From the NCBI GenBank assembly GCA_002497345.1, contig DANS01000018.1, forward strand, positions 92,247-156,246: 64,000 nucleotides of DNA. The letters run 5' to 3'. The DNA comes from Thermoproteus sp. UBA157. Its GTDB lineage: Archaea; Thermoproteota; Thermoprotei; Thermoproteales; Thermoproteaceae. A program made the translations under genes and the position numbers. The notes under the pieces were generated by a model that saw only the letters and a program-made list of their open reading frames with translations, had not been told where the DNA came from and did no database searches. Positions 36,902 to 46,173 of the stretch are shown here, in pieces (the first letter of the stretch is position 1; every line of letters starts with the position of its first letter).

Positions 36902-37983
36902 AGGAATCCAGCGCCGGGCTCCAGCACCGTGCCGGCCTCGACGCGTGCGCCTCTGCCTATTAAAGCCCCCAGCTTGTACAACTCGCGGCTCTTGACCTCT
37001 ATCGGCTTGAGCCTAGCCCTCCCCCCTCTCAGGACCGACTTGGTGAGCACGCCGGGCTCGACGACGGCCCCCTCTCCAATTACGCTGTATGAGATAAAGG
37101 AGCCCCTCCCCACGGTCGAGCGCGGGCCCACCAAGCTATGGGTTATCTCCGCACTGCTGCCAACCACGGCCCCCTCCTCTATGTCGGAGAAGTTCCTGAT
37201 TAATGTATGCGCCCCGATAAAGGCGTCCTTCCCGATATACGCAGGCCCCTTTATCACGGCGTAGTGGTCCACCACGGCCCCCTCCTCTATGTGGACGGGC
37301 CCCTCTATCACCGCCGTCGGGCTTATCTTGGCCTTGGCGGATATGTAGGTGGCATCGGGCATCACGAGCTCCAAGGCCTCCACGAGATCCAAAGGCTCCT
37401 CGACTTTGAACCACTTGCCTCCCCACACGACCACGCCTATTTTGAACCTAGCTGCGAGGGAGGCAAACGCGGAGCTCAACGACGAGCCCTCTAAGAGCTT
37501 CGCGGCTTGAGCCGGCACCAACATCGCTCCGCCATATGCCAGTTGGCTCTCCTCGCTTACTCCCGCCAGATAGCCTCCCGATATGCTTACGAAGATGCCT
37601 TCCTTCGTCCTTGTCGGGACGGCCAAGACGGCCCCGTCGGCGCCTGCGGATGCCGCGGTCTCCACAAGGGCTCTGATCGCGTCGCTCTCGGTTATAACGG
37701 TCCCGTCTGCTATCAAGAGCCTATCCGCTGTTGTGGACAAGGAGCTCGCCGCGGTTATGGCATCAGATATCGTGTCTCCCGCGACCTCGAGCGCGCTGTA
37801 TTTTTCCTCAACGCCGTCTTTGACGGCGATGTAGGCCTTGCCGAATATACGGAACACTAGATCGGCCATATGTCGATATAGGGGCTTGCCGCCGAGCTTG
37901 ACCAAGGCCTTGTACCCGCCGGTCAGGGGCTTGAAAGATTCGCTATATTCGTTGGCGATTACTATCGGCAGAATCATGCTCAC
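36898..37983 (-). CDS. GlmU-like sugar-phosphate nucleotidyltransferase with hexapeptide repeats (divergent N-terminus)
   Basis: FKPLT..YKALV.LGGKP nucleotidyltransferase start lacking the canonical AGG.GTR; left-handed beta-helix; KLGALIG; coupled to glmS. Confidence 0.8.
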   Translation of the reverse strand: MSMILPIVIANEYSESFKPLTGGYKALVKLGGKPLYRHMADLVFRIFGKAYIAVKDGVEEKYSALEVAGDTISDAITAASSLSTTADRLLIADGTVITESDAIRALVETAASAGADGAVLAVPTRTKEGIFVSISGGYLAGVSEESQLAYGGAMLVPAQAAKLLEGSSLSSAFASLAARFKIGVVVWGGKWFKVEEPLDLVEALELVMPDATYISAKAKISPTAVIEGPVHIEEGAVVDHYAVIKGPAYIGKDAFIGAHTLIRNFSDIEEGAVVGSSAEITHSLVGPRSTVGRGSFISYSVIGEGAVVEPGVLTKSVLRGGRARLKPIEVKSRELYKLGALIGRGARVEAGTVLEPGAGFL

Positions 37984-39785
37984 TCCACCGTCACGGTTTT
38001 GGCCAAGTTGCGCGGCTTGTCGGGATCTCTGCCCAGCGCAACTGCCGTGTAGTAGGCCAGGAGCTGGAGCGGCACGACGAACGCGGCGGAGTTCAGCAAC
38101 GGATCTAGGTGGGGCACCTCGAAGACGTATTTCAGCTTCTTGCCGACGTCGTCCCCGCGAGGCACTACGCCTATAGTCAAGGCCTCCCTCGCTTGCATCT
38201 CGGCGACGTTGTTGAGGAGCTTCTCCTTGAGGGACGGGTCGGAGAACACGAAGATCACCGGGAACTTGCTCTCGACCAGAGCTATTGGGCCGTGCTTCGA
38301 CTCCCCAGCCGGGTAGGCCTCAGCGTGTACATACGCTATTTCCTTCATTTTCAACGCGCCCTCGAGGGCCACCGGCATGCCCAAGCCCCTGCTGAGGTAG
38401 TAGGCGCTTGCGCTGGCCTTCAGCCTCTCGGCGAGGGCCTTCGCCGAACCCTCGTTCAACTCTATAGCCTTCCTGACCACCTCGGGCAGCCTCTTCAAGC
38501 CTTGCATGCGCGGCTCCACGTCGGCCCCCACGATCCTCCCCACCTGGGCGTGTAACGCCGCGAGCAAGGCCACCTGCGTAGTGAAGGTCTTCGTGGCCGC
38601 CACGCCTATCTCGGGGCCCGCCCTGGTGTACAACACCGCATCGCTCTCTCTGGCCAACGTGCTCGCGACCACGTTGGTCACCGCCACGACCTTGACCCCC
38701 CTCTCTCTCATGGCCCTAACTGCTCTAATCGTGTCTATGGTCTCGCCTGATTGGGAGACCGCCACGGCGACGTCGTCGACGTCGAAGAGCCCCTCGTAGG
38801 TGGAGTACTCGGAGGAGATTATGGGAATAGCGGCTATTCTGTATTCGATAAGACCTAGCTGAAACGTCAATCCTGCATAATACGATGTGCCGGCCCCGAC
38901 TACGTAAACCCTCTTGGCGTTTAGCAACATCTCCGCTACTTCGGAGAGGCGCCTCGGCTCGAGACCCGCTATTGTCGAGGCGAGAGCCTCGGGCTGTTCG
39001 TGTATCTCCTTGAGCATGAAGTGCTGGTACCCGCCCCTGAGCGCTTGGTCTGCGCTCCAAGGTATTAGCTGGACTCTATCGCTTATATCGACGGCTACTC
39101 CGTCGTGCTCGACGACTATGGAGCTGGGAGTTATGTAGCCGTATTCCCCGTCCCTCAACGGAATTACCCTATTGGTGTGTTCCAACACCGTGGGTATATC
39201 GCTGGCGACTAGATTGAAGCCATCGCCTACGCCGATTATCAGAGGGGATAAGTTCCTCGCGAAGAACACCTTGTTGGGCTCTCTGGAGTCCACAACAGCC
39301 AACGCGTATGCGCCGCGTATTCTCGACAAAGCCCTCTTGAAGGCCTCCCAAGGCGTCAAGCCGCTCCTCTCGTACTCCTCCATAAGATGCGCGAACACCT
39401 CGGTGTCTGTCTCGCTCTTGAAGACGTGGCCCTTGGCGATCAACTCCGACTTCAATTCCTCATAGTTCTCGATTATGCCGTTGTGCACAACGGCGATAGT
39501 GCCGGAGCAATCGCTGTGGGGATGTGCGTTGATTTGGTTGGGCTTGCCGTGGGTGGCCCACCGGGTATGGGCCACGCCGGTTGCGCCCCTTATTTGGTCG
39601 AAGCCGTAACGGCTCGAGACCTCGGCGACTTTCCCGGCATCCTTCCTAATCAAGATACCTTGCGGCGTCACGATGGCGATACCCGCCGAATCGTACCCCC
39701 TATATTCCAGCCGCTCGAGGGCTCTGCGGAGGAGTGCGCCGATGGTCGTCTCGGAGCTCAGGGTTATGCCGAATATGCCGCACAC
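37980..39785 (-). CDS. glmS: Glutamine-fructose-6-phosphate transaminase
   Basis: MCGIFG, LEYRGYDSAG, HTRWATHG, SQSGET, KHGP and PRNLAKTVTVE motifs. Confidence 0.97.
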   Translation of the reverse strand: MCGIFGITLSSETTIGALLRRALERLEYRGYDSAGIAIVTPQGILIRKDAGKVAEVSSRYGFDQIRGATGVAHTRWATHGKPNQINAHPHSDCSGTIAVVHNGIIENYEELKSELIAKGHVFKSETDTEVFAHLMEEYERSGLTPWEAFKRALSRIRGAYALAVVDSREPNKVFFARNLSPLIIGVGDGFNLVASDIPTVLEHTNRVIPLRDGEYGYITPSSIVVEHDGVAVDISDRVQLIPWSADQALRGGYQHFMLKEIHEQPEALASTIAGLEPRRLSEVAEMLLNAKRVYVVGAGTSYYAGLTFQLGLIEYRIAAIPIISSEYSTYEGLFDVDDVAVAVSQSGETIDTIRAVRAMRERGVKVVAVTNVVASTLARESDAVLYTRAGPEIGVAATKTFTTQVALLAALHAQVGRIVGADVEPRMQGLKRLPEVVRKAIELNEGSAKALAERLKASASAYYLSRGLGMPVALEGALKMKEIAYVHAEAYPAGESKHGPIALVESKFPVIFVFSDPSLKEKLLNNVAEMQAREALTIGVVPRGDDVGKKLKYVFEVPHLDPLLNSAAFVVPLQLLAYYTAVALGRDPDKPRNLAKTVTVE

Positions 39786-39973
39786 GGATAGAAGGCTGAG
39801 TATATATTAATTAGTGCCCATGAAGTTCCGAGCTACCGACGGCTTCCAGAGCTGGGTTCCAATCGCCGGCTTCTCCGCGGCTTCTGGCCTACAAAGGCGG
39901 ATGGCCGCGCGGAACGTAGATCTAAACCGATGGCGGAGAGGCAAAATTATAAAGCCGGCGCCGCCCCTAGGGC

Positions 39974-40384
39974 GTGGAGCTCGAGGAGGCAGCCGCCCTA
40001 CTGGAGTCGAAGTTGAATAGTCCCACCTTCGTCAAGGCCGTGGGGAGGAGCGTGGCCGAGGCCATAAGGGAGCTCCTCGACGCATATAGATGCAACCTGC
40101 TCGTAAGCCCCGGTGAAATACTCAAGTTGTTGAACGACTATTACATCTTCGAGTCGCGGATAAGGAGGCTGATAGAGATCTACGAGGAGCTGTCGGGCGG
40201 CGCCCTTTCGGCCTTAGCTAGGCTCGCGCTAGGGGACGACGCCTCCTTGCCCGACGTCGACTACAAGTTGTTGTTGCGCGAGCTGGAGGCCTATAGAGCC
40301 GAGCTCTTCAAGCTCGCCGAGATGGTGAAAAAGGCCGAGAAGAGGTGCCGTGCCGCTTACTCCTCGACCAACTCCAAGGCGTAA
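39974..40384 (+). CDS. Hypothetical helical protein
   Basis: GTG start about 25 nt after TTATAAA; host-like codon usage. Confidence 0.65.
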   Translation: MELEEAAALLESKLNSPTFVKAVGRSVAEAIRELLDAYRCNLLVSPGEILKLLNDYYIFESRIRRLIEIYEELSGGALSALARLALGDDASLPDVDYKLLLRELEAYRAELFKLAEMVKKAEKRCRAAYSSTNSKA

Positions 40385-40581
40385 ACGCCTGGTTTATTGA
40401 TGCCTAACCTCTTCGCTAAACACGACTTCTCGGGGTCGATAACCGCCAACATGCCGCGCCAGTTGTTGACGAACTCGGTGGATCCGCAGTTGGGGCATTG
40501 GGTAGCGCCCTCGGGCACTATCAGCTTGCAGTTCTTACACGCCTTATAGCCGGCCAAAGTCCTCCTGGTTGCGCGGCTCAT
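40357..40581 (-). CDS. spt4: Transcription elongation factor Spt4 (RpoE'')
   Basis: ACKNCK...CPNCGS...WRG...IDPEKS..AK.LGI.KPG.YAL; ATGA overlap with rpoE'. Confidence 0.95.
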   Translation of the reverse strand: MSRATRRTLAGYKACKNCKLIVPEGATQCPNCGSTEFVNNWRGMLAVIDPEKSCLAKRLGINKPGVYALELVEE

Positions 40582-41147
40582 GCCTTCTTGGCCTTCTTCT
40601 CCTTTAGCCACTCCAGTTTACCCAAGCCGGGACCGCGCATAGTCATCGTGATCCTCATAGCTAAGTCTATGCCTTCCTTCTGTGCCACGTACGATACGCC
40701 AGTTATGCGCGCCCTCACCATGTCGCCTACGCCTATCTTCCTCCTGCTCCTCTCGCCGATGAAGCTCTTGGTGCTCGCGTCGAAGAGAATGTTGGGCTCT
40801 TCCATCAAGTGGATCTTGTTTATGAAGCCTAGCACGGGCCCTATCCTTACCATGACGCCCACCTCGCGCGCCGTCTCGACGATTCCGTGCACCACCTCCC
40901 CGTCTAGCGGGGTGAACGCTAGTAGGTCGAACACGGCTTTATGATAGGTGGAGCCATCGCCGAAAAGTATAATGCCCTCTCTCGATACCTTGGCGTTTAG
41001 CACAGCCACCACGTATCCCAAGTCTCTGAAGACTCTGCCCTCGTATCGGGCCCTCAACTGGGCCAAGGCCACATCCTCCAGCGGTTTGCCGAACTCCGAG
41101 GGGTGGATCCTCACGTAGTCCTCGGCCTCGATAAGGCGGAAAGGCAT
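40578..41147 (-). CDS. rpo7: RNA polymerase subunit E' (Rpo7)
   Basis: VRIHPSEFG, GDGSTY, S1 domain, GDMVRARI and TMRGPGLGKLEW motifs. Confidence 0.95.
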   Translation of the reverse strand: MPFRLIEAEDYVRIHPSEFGKPLEDVALAQLRARYEGRVFRDLGYVVAVLNAKVSREGIILFGDGSTYHKAVFDLLAFTPLDGEVVHGIVETAREVGVMVRIGPVLGFINKIHLMEEPNILFDASTKSFIGERSRRKIGVGDMVRARITGVSYVAQKEGIDLAMRITMTMRGPGLGKLEWLKEKKAKKA

Positions 41148-41183
41148 GCCAAACCCTATTTCGCATCTATAAAAATAAAACGC

Positions 41184-41525
41184 CTAAAGCGGCGCGAGCT
41201 CCCTGTCGTGGAACAACAACACCGCAAGCCCTCTTCTCCTCGCCTCGGCGATTACCTCCGAATCGCCGGTTAGCACCGCGCATTTATAACGTTCTGCGAC
41301 CTCCAAGACGGACCTATCTGCTGGTTTCGTCCCGCCGGCGACAAACGGCGCCAAGACGCGTACCAGCTTAAGGGCGACTCTCGCCTTTCTCTTCCGGCTC
41401 GACAGCGTTTGTAGCTCGTCGAGCACCGGATACGTCACGAAGATCGTATGCTCGGCGAGGACGGAGGGGTCCAATAACCTCTCCACGAGATATATGAGGG
41501 ACGATGTATCGACGACGATCCTCAA
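41184..41525 (-). CDS. PIN domain protein (Fcf1/Utp24-like)
   Basis: VVDTS, VLDEL, AD and LTGD motifs; conserved position upstream of rpoE'. Confidence 0.85.
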   Translation of the reverse strand: MRIVVDTSSLIYLVERLLDPSVLAEHTIFVTYPVLDELQTLSSRKRKARVALKLVRVLAPFVAGGTKPADRSVLEVAERYKCAVLTGDSEVIAEARRRGLAVLLFHDRELAPL

Positions 41526-42568
41526 AGCTCCACGACGGTTAGGCCCAGCCTTTCTGACGCTTTTTTAAACGCCTCGGACTTGCTCGCCATTATGAGCTGC
41601 AACCTCTTCAACTTGGCCACATCTAGGTATATCGACAATAGCTCCTCGGCGTAATCCTCAGGCACGGCGAGATCTACGTCGTCTATCGCCACAACGCTGT
41701 TCTCGTTGGAGAGAACAAGTTGCACTAAAATGGGCAGCACCGCCTTCGTGAAATTGCCCACGTTGTAGGCGTTGGTCCAAACGCCTCCTGACTTCACATA
41801 CATGGCGATTCTCCCCGTGGAGACGAGGCCCACCCTCACGTCCTCTATGCGGGCCGCTTTGAGGAGCTTGTACAAGTATTCGCGAAGAGGCTCAAACTGA
41901 GGTTGGGATAATATGCGCGATATTTGATGAGCCGTATATTGCCCCTCGGGCCCCACGCTTGTCGCTGGTAACAGATCTACGTGCGTCTCGTAGGTGTACT
42001 TCCATGCGGCGAGCCTCCTCCCGCTGACGAAGTAGAAGGAGTCCTTCAACCCTATTCTCAGCTCCATCAAGATTCTTTCGGCCCTTTTGAACCTCTCGTC
42101 GTCTACAGGAGAGCAAGCTATCAATACGTCCTCGTTCAACACGGCGTATGGCGCCGTGCATAGCTCGACTTTTATATCTGGGTATACGACAACGCCTCTT
42201 TGTCCGCTCTTAGCTATCTTCAACAAAGGCTCGAAATCCTCGTATATTATCTGCTCGACGTATCCGCCCTTGGTGGCGTAGGTGTAGCTGTACCCGTACA
42301 CTCTATCCTCCAACAACCAATGGGTCTCTACCGTGAAGGGGATCGAGGTATCGCCGCCTCGATGCACGTCCTCGGCCTCGTGCACTATCAAGAGAGGGCC
42401 CTCGAACAAGATCCACTGCTCGCCCCTGCTCTGCATCAACATAGAAAGCGCCTCTAGATAGGAGGTTTTCCCAGAGTTGGGAGGACCGTGCACTAAGGCG
42501 GATCCCCTTAAGTCGATACAGCCGTCGAGCGATCTGAACTTGCGAGCGCAGAGCCTCCTCAGCTCCAT
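41522..42568 (-). CDS. ABC/RecF-type (AAA_15/21-like) ATPase, degenerate C-terminal motifs
   Basis: KFRS and Walker A GPPNSGKT; Walker B reads AIDDVD and the H-loop reads ASKS. Confidence 0.75.
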   Translation of the reverse strand: MELRRLCARKFRSLDGCIDLRGSALVHGPPNSGKTSYLEALSMLMQSRGEQWILFEGPLLIVHEAEDVHRGGDTSIPFTVETHWLLEDRVYGYSYTYATKGGYVEQIIYEDFEPLLKIAKSGQRGVVVYPDIKVELCTAPYAVLNEDVLIACSPVDDERFKRAERILMELRIGLKDSFYFVSGRRLAAWKYTYETHVDLLPATSVGPEGQYTAHQISRILSQPQFEPLREYLYKLLKAARIEDVRVGLVSTGRIAMYVKSGGVWTNAYNVGNFTKAVLPILVQLVLSNENSVVAIDDVDLAVPEDYAEELLSIYLDVAKLKRLQLIMASKSEAFKKASERLGLTVVEL

Positions 42569-43035
42569 AACCTCGCCAGCTCATCCCTATATCTCTTCAA
42601 CATCAATTCCAGGGTTTCAGCGGGCGTGTTCGGGTCTATCTCCTTACAGGTAGGTATTATGTGGATGTGCAAGTGGGACTCCACGCCGGCGCCCGCGGCC
42701 CTTCCGATGTTGGCCCCCATCAGCACTTCGCCGCATCCGACAACCTTAACTACGGCCTTCCTCACGGCGTATGCCTCCTTGAGCAACCCCGCGAGCTCCT
42801 CGTCACTTAGTTGTTCCAGGTCAGCGACGTGCCTATACGGGGCGACCATCACGTGTCCCCACATGTAGGGATATCTATTCAAGACGCCGAAGGAGTACTT
42901 CCCTCTGTAGAAGACCAGGTGGTCCTGATCTAGCTCCGGCCTTTTGGCGTACTCGCAGAAGAAGCAGTCCTTGCTCCCTCCCTCTAAGATGTATTTGTAC
43001 CTCCACGGCGTTAGGACTATGCGGAATCCGCCCAC
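42559..43035 (-). CDS. HIT family hydrolase
   Basis: CFFC, NRYPY..GHVMV and GRAAGAG..HLHIHIIP motifs. Confidence 0.93.
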   Translation of the reverse strand: MGGFRIVLTPWRYKYILEGGSKDCFFCEYAKRPELDQDHLVFYRGKYSFGVLNRYPYMWGHVMVAPYRHVADLEQLSDEELAGLLKEAYAVRKAVVKVVGCGEVLMGANIGRAAGAGVESHLHIHIIPTCKEIDPNTPAETLELMLKRYRDELARLWS

Positions 43036-43056
43036 CCAGCCGCTCTACTGACTCCC

Positions 43057-43278
43057 TTAAATAGCCTGCGCCTCTTGGCCGTCGGCTGCGCGTTTAACTA
43101 AGATGAATTTATCCAAAAGGACATCGTAGATCACGAAAAAATTACTTGATAACATGTGGACTAGCTGGATCTTTTCGTCGAAGCTCAGAGTCAGTCCGTA
43201 TTGTTTCAATACGTCATCTAGATCGGCTGAATCTATCGCCTTTGACGATATCAGCTTAGCGATGGCCCTCAAGTCCAT
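43057..43278 (-). CDS. Hypothetical protein, 73 aa
   Basis: ATG ORF heading the HIT-ATPase-PIN-rpoE run. Confidence 0.6.
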   Translation of the reverse strand: MDLRAIAKLISSKAIDSADLDDVLKQYGLTLSFDEKIQLVHMLSSNFFVIYDVLLDKFILVKRAADGQEAQAI

Positions 43279-43346
43279 AGTATCGCATAGAGCCGACGTA
43301 TTTTTAGCCCACGGTTAGGGTTTTAAGCGAACGAAGCGTCCTTGAT

Positions 43347-44039
43347 GTGATCACGTTGCCGACGCCAATAGTCTTGGCCATAGGCCGTAGGGAGGGGAAA
43401 CTATCGGCGTACGACATAGAGGGCGGCAGATATTACGATTTGCCGGTAGATCTGAGCGGAATCGGCGTAGCCGAGTTGAAGGCGAGCAACGATGAGGTAA
43501 GATCCCACGTGGTCGTGGCCTCCTATTCTACATCTCTCGTAAAGGCGATAGCGGTAGACGGCAATGCCGAGTTGTTGGACTCAAACGGCATAAGGGAGTT
43601 GAGCAGAGGTAAGGTCACGCTTCGGGCAGTGATGAACAAGGAGTTCGGGCGTTGGGACGACGTTTGGAACAAGCCGATTTTAATCAGAGGAGGCACGGGC
43701 GCGTTGGCCTTAGGGATCTCCAGAGCGGGGAGCTTGCTCCACTTAAACGCGGCGCGTACCGACGAGAGCCATATAAGAGCTGTCGTGGACGCGCTTAACG
43801 CATTGAGGAATTTCGGGGAAGTGTCCTCGACGTGTTCGTGTAGATTGGGCTTGTTTCCGGTCGAGGTCGTTGCAAGGCGTAGCACGGAATACATATTGGC
43901 AAAGATATATATGAATATACAAATTAAAAGAAGCAGTACAGTTATAGTAATTAGAGGATCTGGTGGGAATATACTGAAAAGATATATAGGACCGCTTGAG
44001 AGGCTCAACTTTTATATTGACGAAGCTCAGCGCGAATGA
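43347..44039 (+). CDS. Hypothetical protein, 230 aa
   Basis: GTG start after TTTTAAG; ATGA overlap with the downstream nucleotidyltransferase. Confidence 0.7.
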   Translation: MITLPTPIVLAIGRREGKLSAYDIEGGRYYDLPVDLSGIGVAELKASNDEVRSHVVVASYSTSLVKAIAVDGNAELLDSNGIRELSRGKVTLRAVMNKEFGRWDDVWNKPILIRGGTGALALGISRAGSLLHLNAARTDESHIRAVVDALNALRNFGEVSSTCSCRLGLFPVEVVARRSTEYILAKIYMNIQIKRSSTVIVIRGSGGNILKRYIGPLERLNFYIDEAQRE

Positions 44040-45112
44040 TGGATCGCGTTTTGGTCCTCGCCGGCGGCTTCGCGACGAGGCTAAGGCCGCTCAGCTACAC
44101 GAGGCCAAAGCCCCTCTTCCCGATACTGGACAAGCCCGTGATCGATTGGATAATCGAAGGCGTGAAGGATATAGCCCCCACGATAATCTCGGCGCGATAT
44201 CTCGCCCAAATGATCAGAGAACACGTGGCTAGGAAGTGGAACGACTTGGCTACAGTGATCGAGGAGACGAAGCCGTTGGGCGACGGCGGCGCGGTCGCAT
44301 ACGTGGCGGACGTATTGGGCCTAAGCGGGCCGATTTTAGTGGTAAACGGCGATGTGTTCACCGACATAGACTACTCTGCAATAGTGGACTTCCACAAGAA
44401 GCGCGGCGGCGTCGCGACCATAGCGTTTGTGGAGGTGTCGCCCGAGAACGTGAGCAAATACGGAATAGCGATAGTCGACGAATCCATGAGGCTGAGGAGA
44501 TTCGTGGAGAAGCCCAAAGAGCCGCCCCAAGGTAGCAGATTGGCAAACGCCGGAGTTTACGTGCTGGAGCCCGAGGCCATACGCGCTATACCCAGACGCA
44601 GAGGGGAGGTGAAAATAGCCAAGGACCTCATACCGGCATTATTGGAGAAATATGATATATATGTCTATAAACACGAGGGCATTTGGCACGACATCGGGAC
44701 GCCGGCCGACTACCTCGAGGCGAATTTCGCAGCGCTTAGGAAGTGGGGCAAGGCTGTTGAGATAGATGGAGCGGAGATAATACCGCCAGTCTACATAGCC
44801 GATAACGTGGAGATAGGCGAGGGCGCCTCGGTGGGTCCCTACGCGGTTCTGGGCTCCGGCGTCAAGATAGGGAAGCACTCCAGGATAAAGAACAGCGTAT
44901 TGATGAGATCGGTCACCGTGGAGCCGGGCTCCTATATTTCGGGCAGCGTGGTGGGCGAGGAGAGCTACATAGGGAGGTGGACGCGCATAGTGGACGCCGT
45001 AATCGCAGATGGCGTATACGTCAAGGACGAGGTCAAGGTAGGACGAAACGCGGCGATAGGCCCTAACAGAGAGGTCGTCGAGGACGTAGAAGACGGCGTG
45101 ACTTTGCCATAA
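44036..45112 (+). CDS. NDP-sugar pyrophosphorylase (mannose-1-phosphate guanylyltransferase-like)
   Basis: LAGGFATRLRPLS..RPKP, NGDV, FVEKP, WHDIGTP motifs and hexapeptide C-terminus. Confidence 0.92.
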   Translation: MMDRVLVLAGGFATRLRPLSYTRPKPLFPILDKPVIDWIIEGVKDIAPTIISARYLAQMIREHVARKWNDLATVIEETKPLGDGGAVAYVADVLGLSGPILVVNGDVFTDIDYSAIVDFHKKRGGVATIAFVEVSPENVSKYGIAIVDESMRLRRFVEKPKEPPQGSRLANAGVYVLEPEAIRAIPRRRGEVKIAKDLIPALLEKYDIYVYKHEGIWHDIGTPADYLEANFAALRKWGKAVEIDGAEIIPPVYIADNVEIGEGASVGPYAVLGSGVKIGKHSRIKNSVLMRSVTVEPGSYISGSVVGEESYIGRWTRIVDAVIADGVYVKDEVKVGRNAAIGPNREVVEDVEDGVTLP

Positions 45113-45131
45113 TCAGCGCTTTTAACCGCGT

Positions 45132-45560
45132 TCACCTATCCGCCAGCCTGGTCTCATCATCGAGCTTGCTCAAAATGGCGCGTAGGGTCTTCTCGACGTC
45201 GACTCTGGTCCTTATCTTCTTCCTAAAGGCGTCGCCAGCATCGACAATTATTTTATTTCCTTCTATGTATATCCTTGCAGTAGTCGTCGGCGATATGTAA
45301 GGCCTATAGACTATACGTCGCTCCTCCAGCTGGATCTGGCCTGTGAAGGAGTAGTACCTGGACTTGGTCGCCCTGCCTATTAACGACATGAGTCTGGCCA
45401 AGATCCTCCCCGCTCTTACTACGTCTTCGTTGATAACCCGCTCCTCCAGCCCCTTTCCTACCAAGGCCGAGTAGGAGCTCTTCGTCTCGTGGTGGTATTG
45501 CAACAGAAAAGCAGCGCTCTTGCCTATAATCGATATGGATTTGACGAAGGGGCTCACCAC
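45132..45560 (-). CDS. Hypothetical basic protein, ~142 aa
   Basis: Start trimmed to GTG at 45560, since the longer ORF overlaps the zinc-finger gene. Confidence 0.65.
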   Translation of the reverse strand: MVSPFVKSISIIGKSAAFLLQYHHETKSSYSALVGKGLEERVINEDVVRAGRILARLMSLIGRATKSRYYSFTGQIQLEERRIVYRPYISPTTTARIYIEGNKIIVDAGDAFRKKIRTRVDVEKTLRAILSKLDDETRLADR

Positions 45561-45579
45561 TATGGAGAGAAGGGGCCCC

Positions 45580-45774
45580 CTATAGCCTCTCGAGCGGGTC
45601 GACGCCATCAGGGCATTTGTACTGTAGCTTCCTTGCGCAGACGTCGCAGAACAAATGCCCGGTCTTTTTGCAGAGGTATCTGTCCTCATAAAGATAAAGC
45701 CTTCTGCCGCATCTGCTACAGCGCCCTATCATCAAGGTCTTGACTGGGTACACCACGAACGGCCCCTCCGGCAA
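45580..45774 (-). CDS. Small RING-like zinc finger protein
   Basis: CSRC-x12-C-x4-H-x2-C-x2-C-x7-CP; fits the gap between co-directional neighbours. Confidence 0.7.
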   Translation of the reverse strand: MPEGPFVVYPVKTLMIGRCSRCGRRLYLYEDRYLCKKTGHLFCDVCARKLQYKCPDGVDPLERL

Positions 45775-45780
45775 CCCTAT

Positions 45781-46173
45781 TTAAACATTGACCAGCCTGT
45801 ATCCCTCCTTGAATATTCTGAGACGTACGCCATCGCCTCCGACTTCTAGTCTGGCCTTGCCGGTGCCGAGTAGATAGGCTAGGAGTTTGTTGTGGTCGAC
45901 GCCGGCCTCCTTGCACCTTCCTATAAACTTAGCTATTTCCTCCCCATCCTCTAGCTCTATCTCCGAAATAACGGCGGTGTCGAGCCTCAGAATGCCTTTA
46001 ACCAAAGCCTCTAGCTCCTCGTATATCGCCGTCAGCCTCCCCAAGATGTTCACAACCACTCCCAGCTGCTCCATGATGCGCATCGCGGCATCTTTCAATT
46101 CCTCATCGTCGTAGCGGCTCGAGACTCTGTCCAGGTCCCTTACAGCTTTCGCTAAGTCCCTGACGACGTCCAT
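45781..46173 (-). CDS. Hypothetical protein (helical N-terminus, possible C-terminal winged helix)
   Basis: ATG ORF overlapping the peptidase stop; amphipathic helices followed by LAYLLGTGKARLE. Confidence 0.7.
   Translation of the reverse strand: MDVVRDLAKAVRDLDRVSSRYDDEELKDAAMRIMEQLGVVVNILGRLTAIYEELEALVKGILRLDTAVISEIELEDGEEIAKFIGRCKEAGVDHNKLLAYLLGTGKARLEVGGDGVRLRIFKEGYRLVNV

Noticed and set aside
39814-40020. 68-aa ORF upstream of the 136-aa hypothetical
   Set aside because: No recognisable motif; it runs through the next gene's TATA box and overlaps it out of frame.
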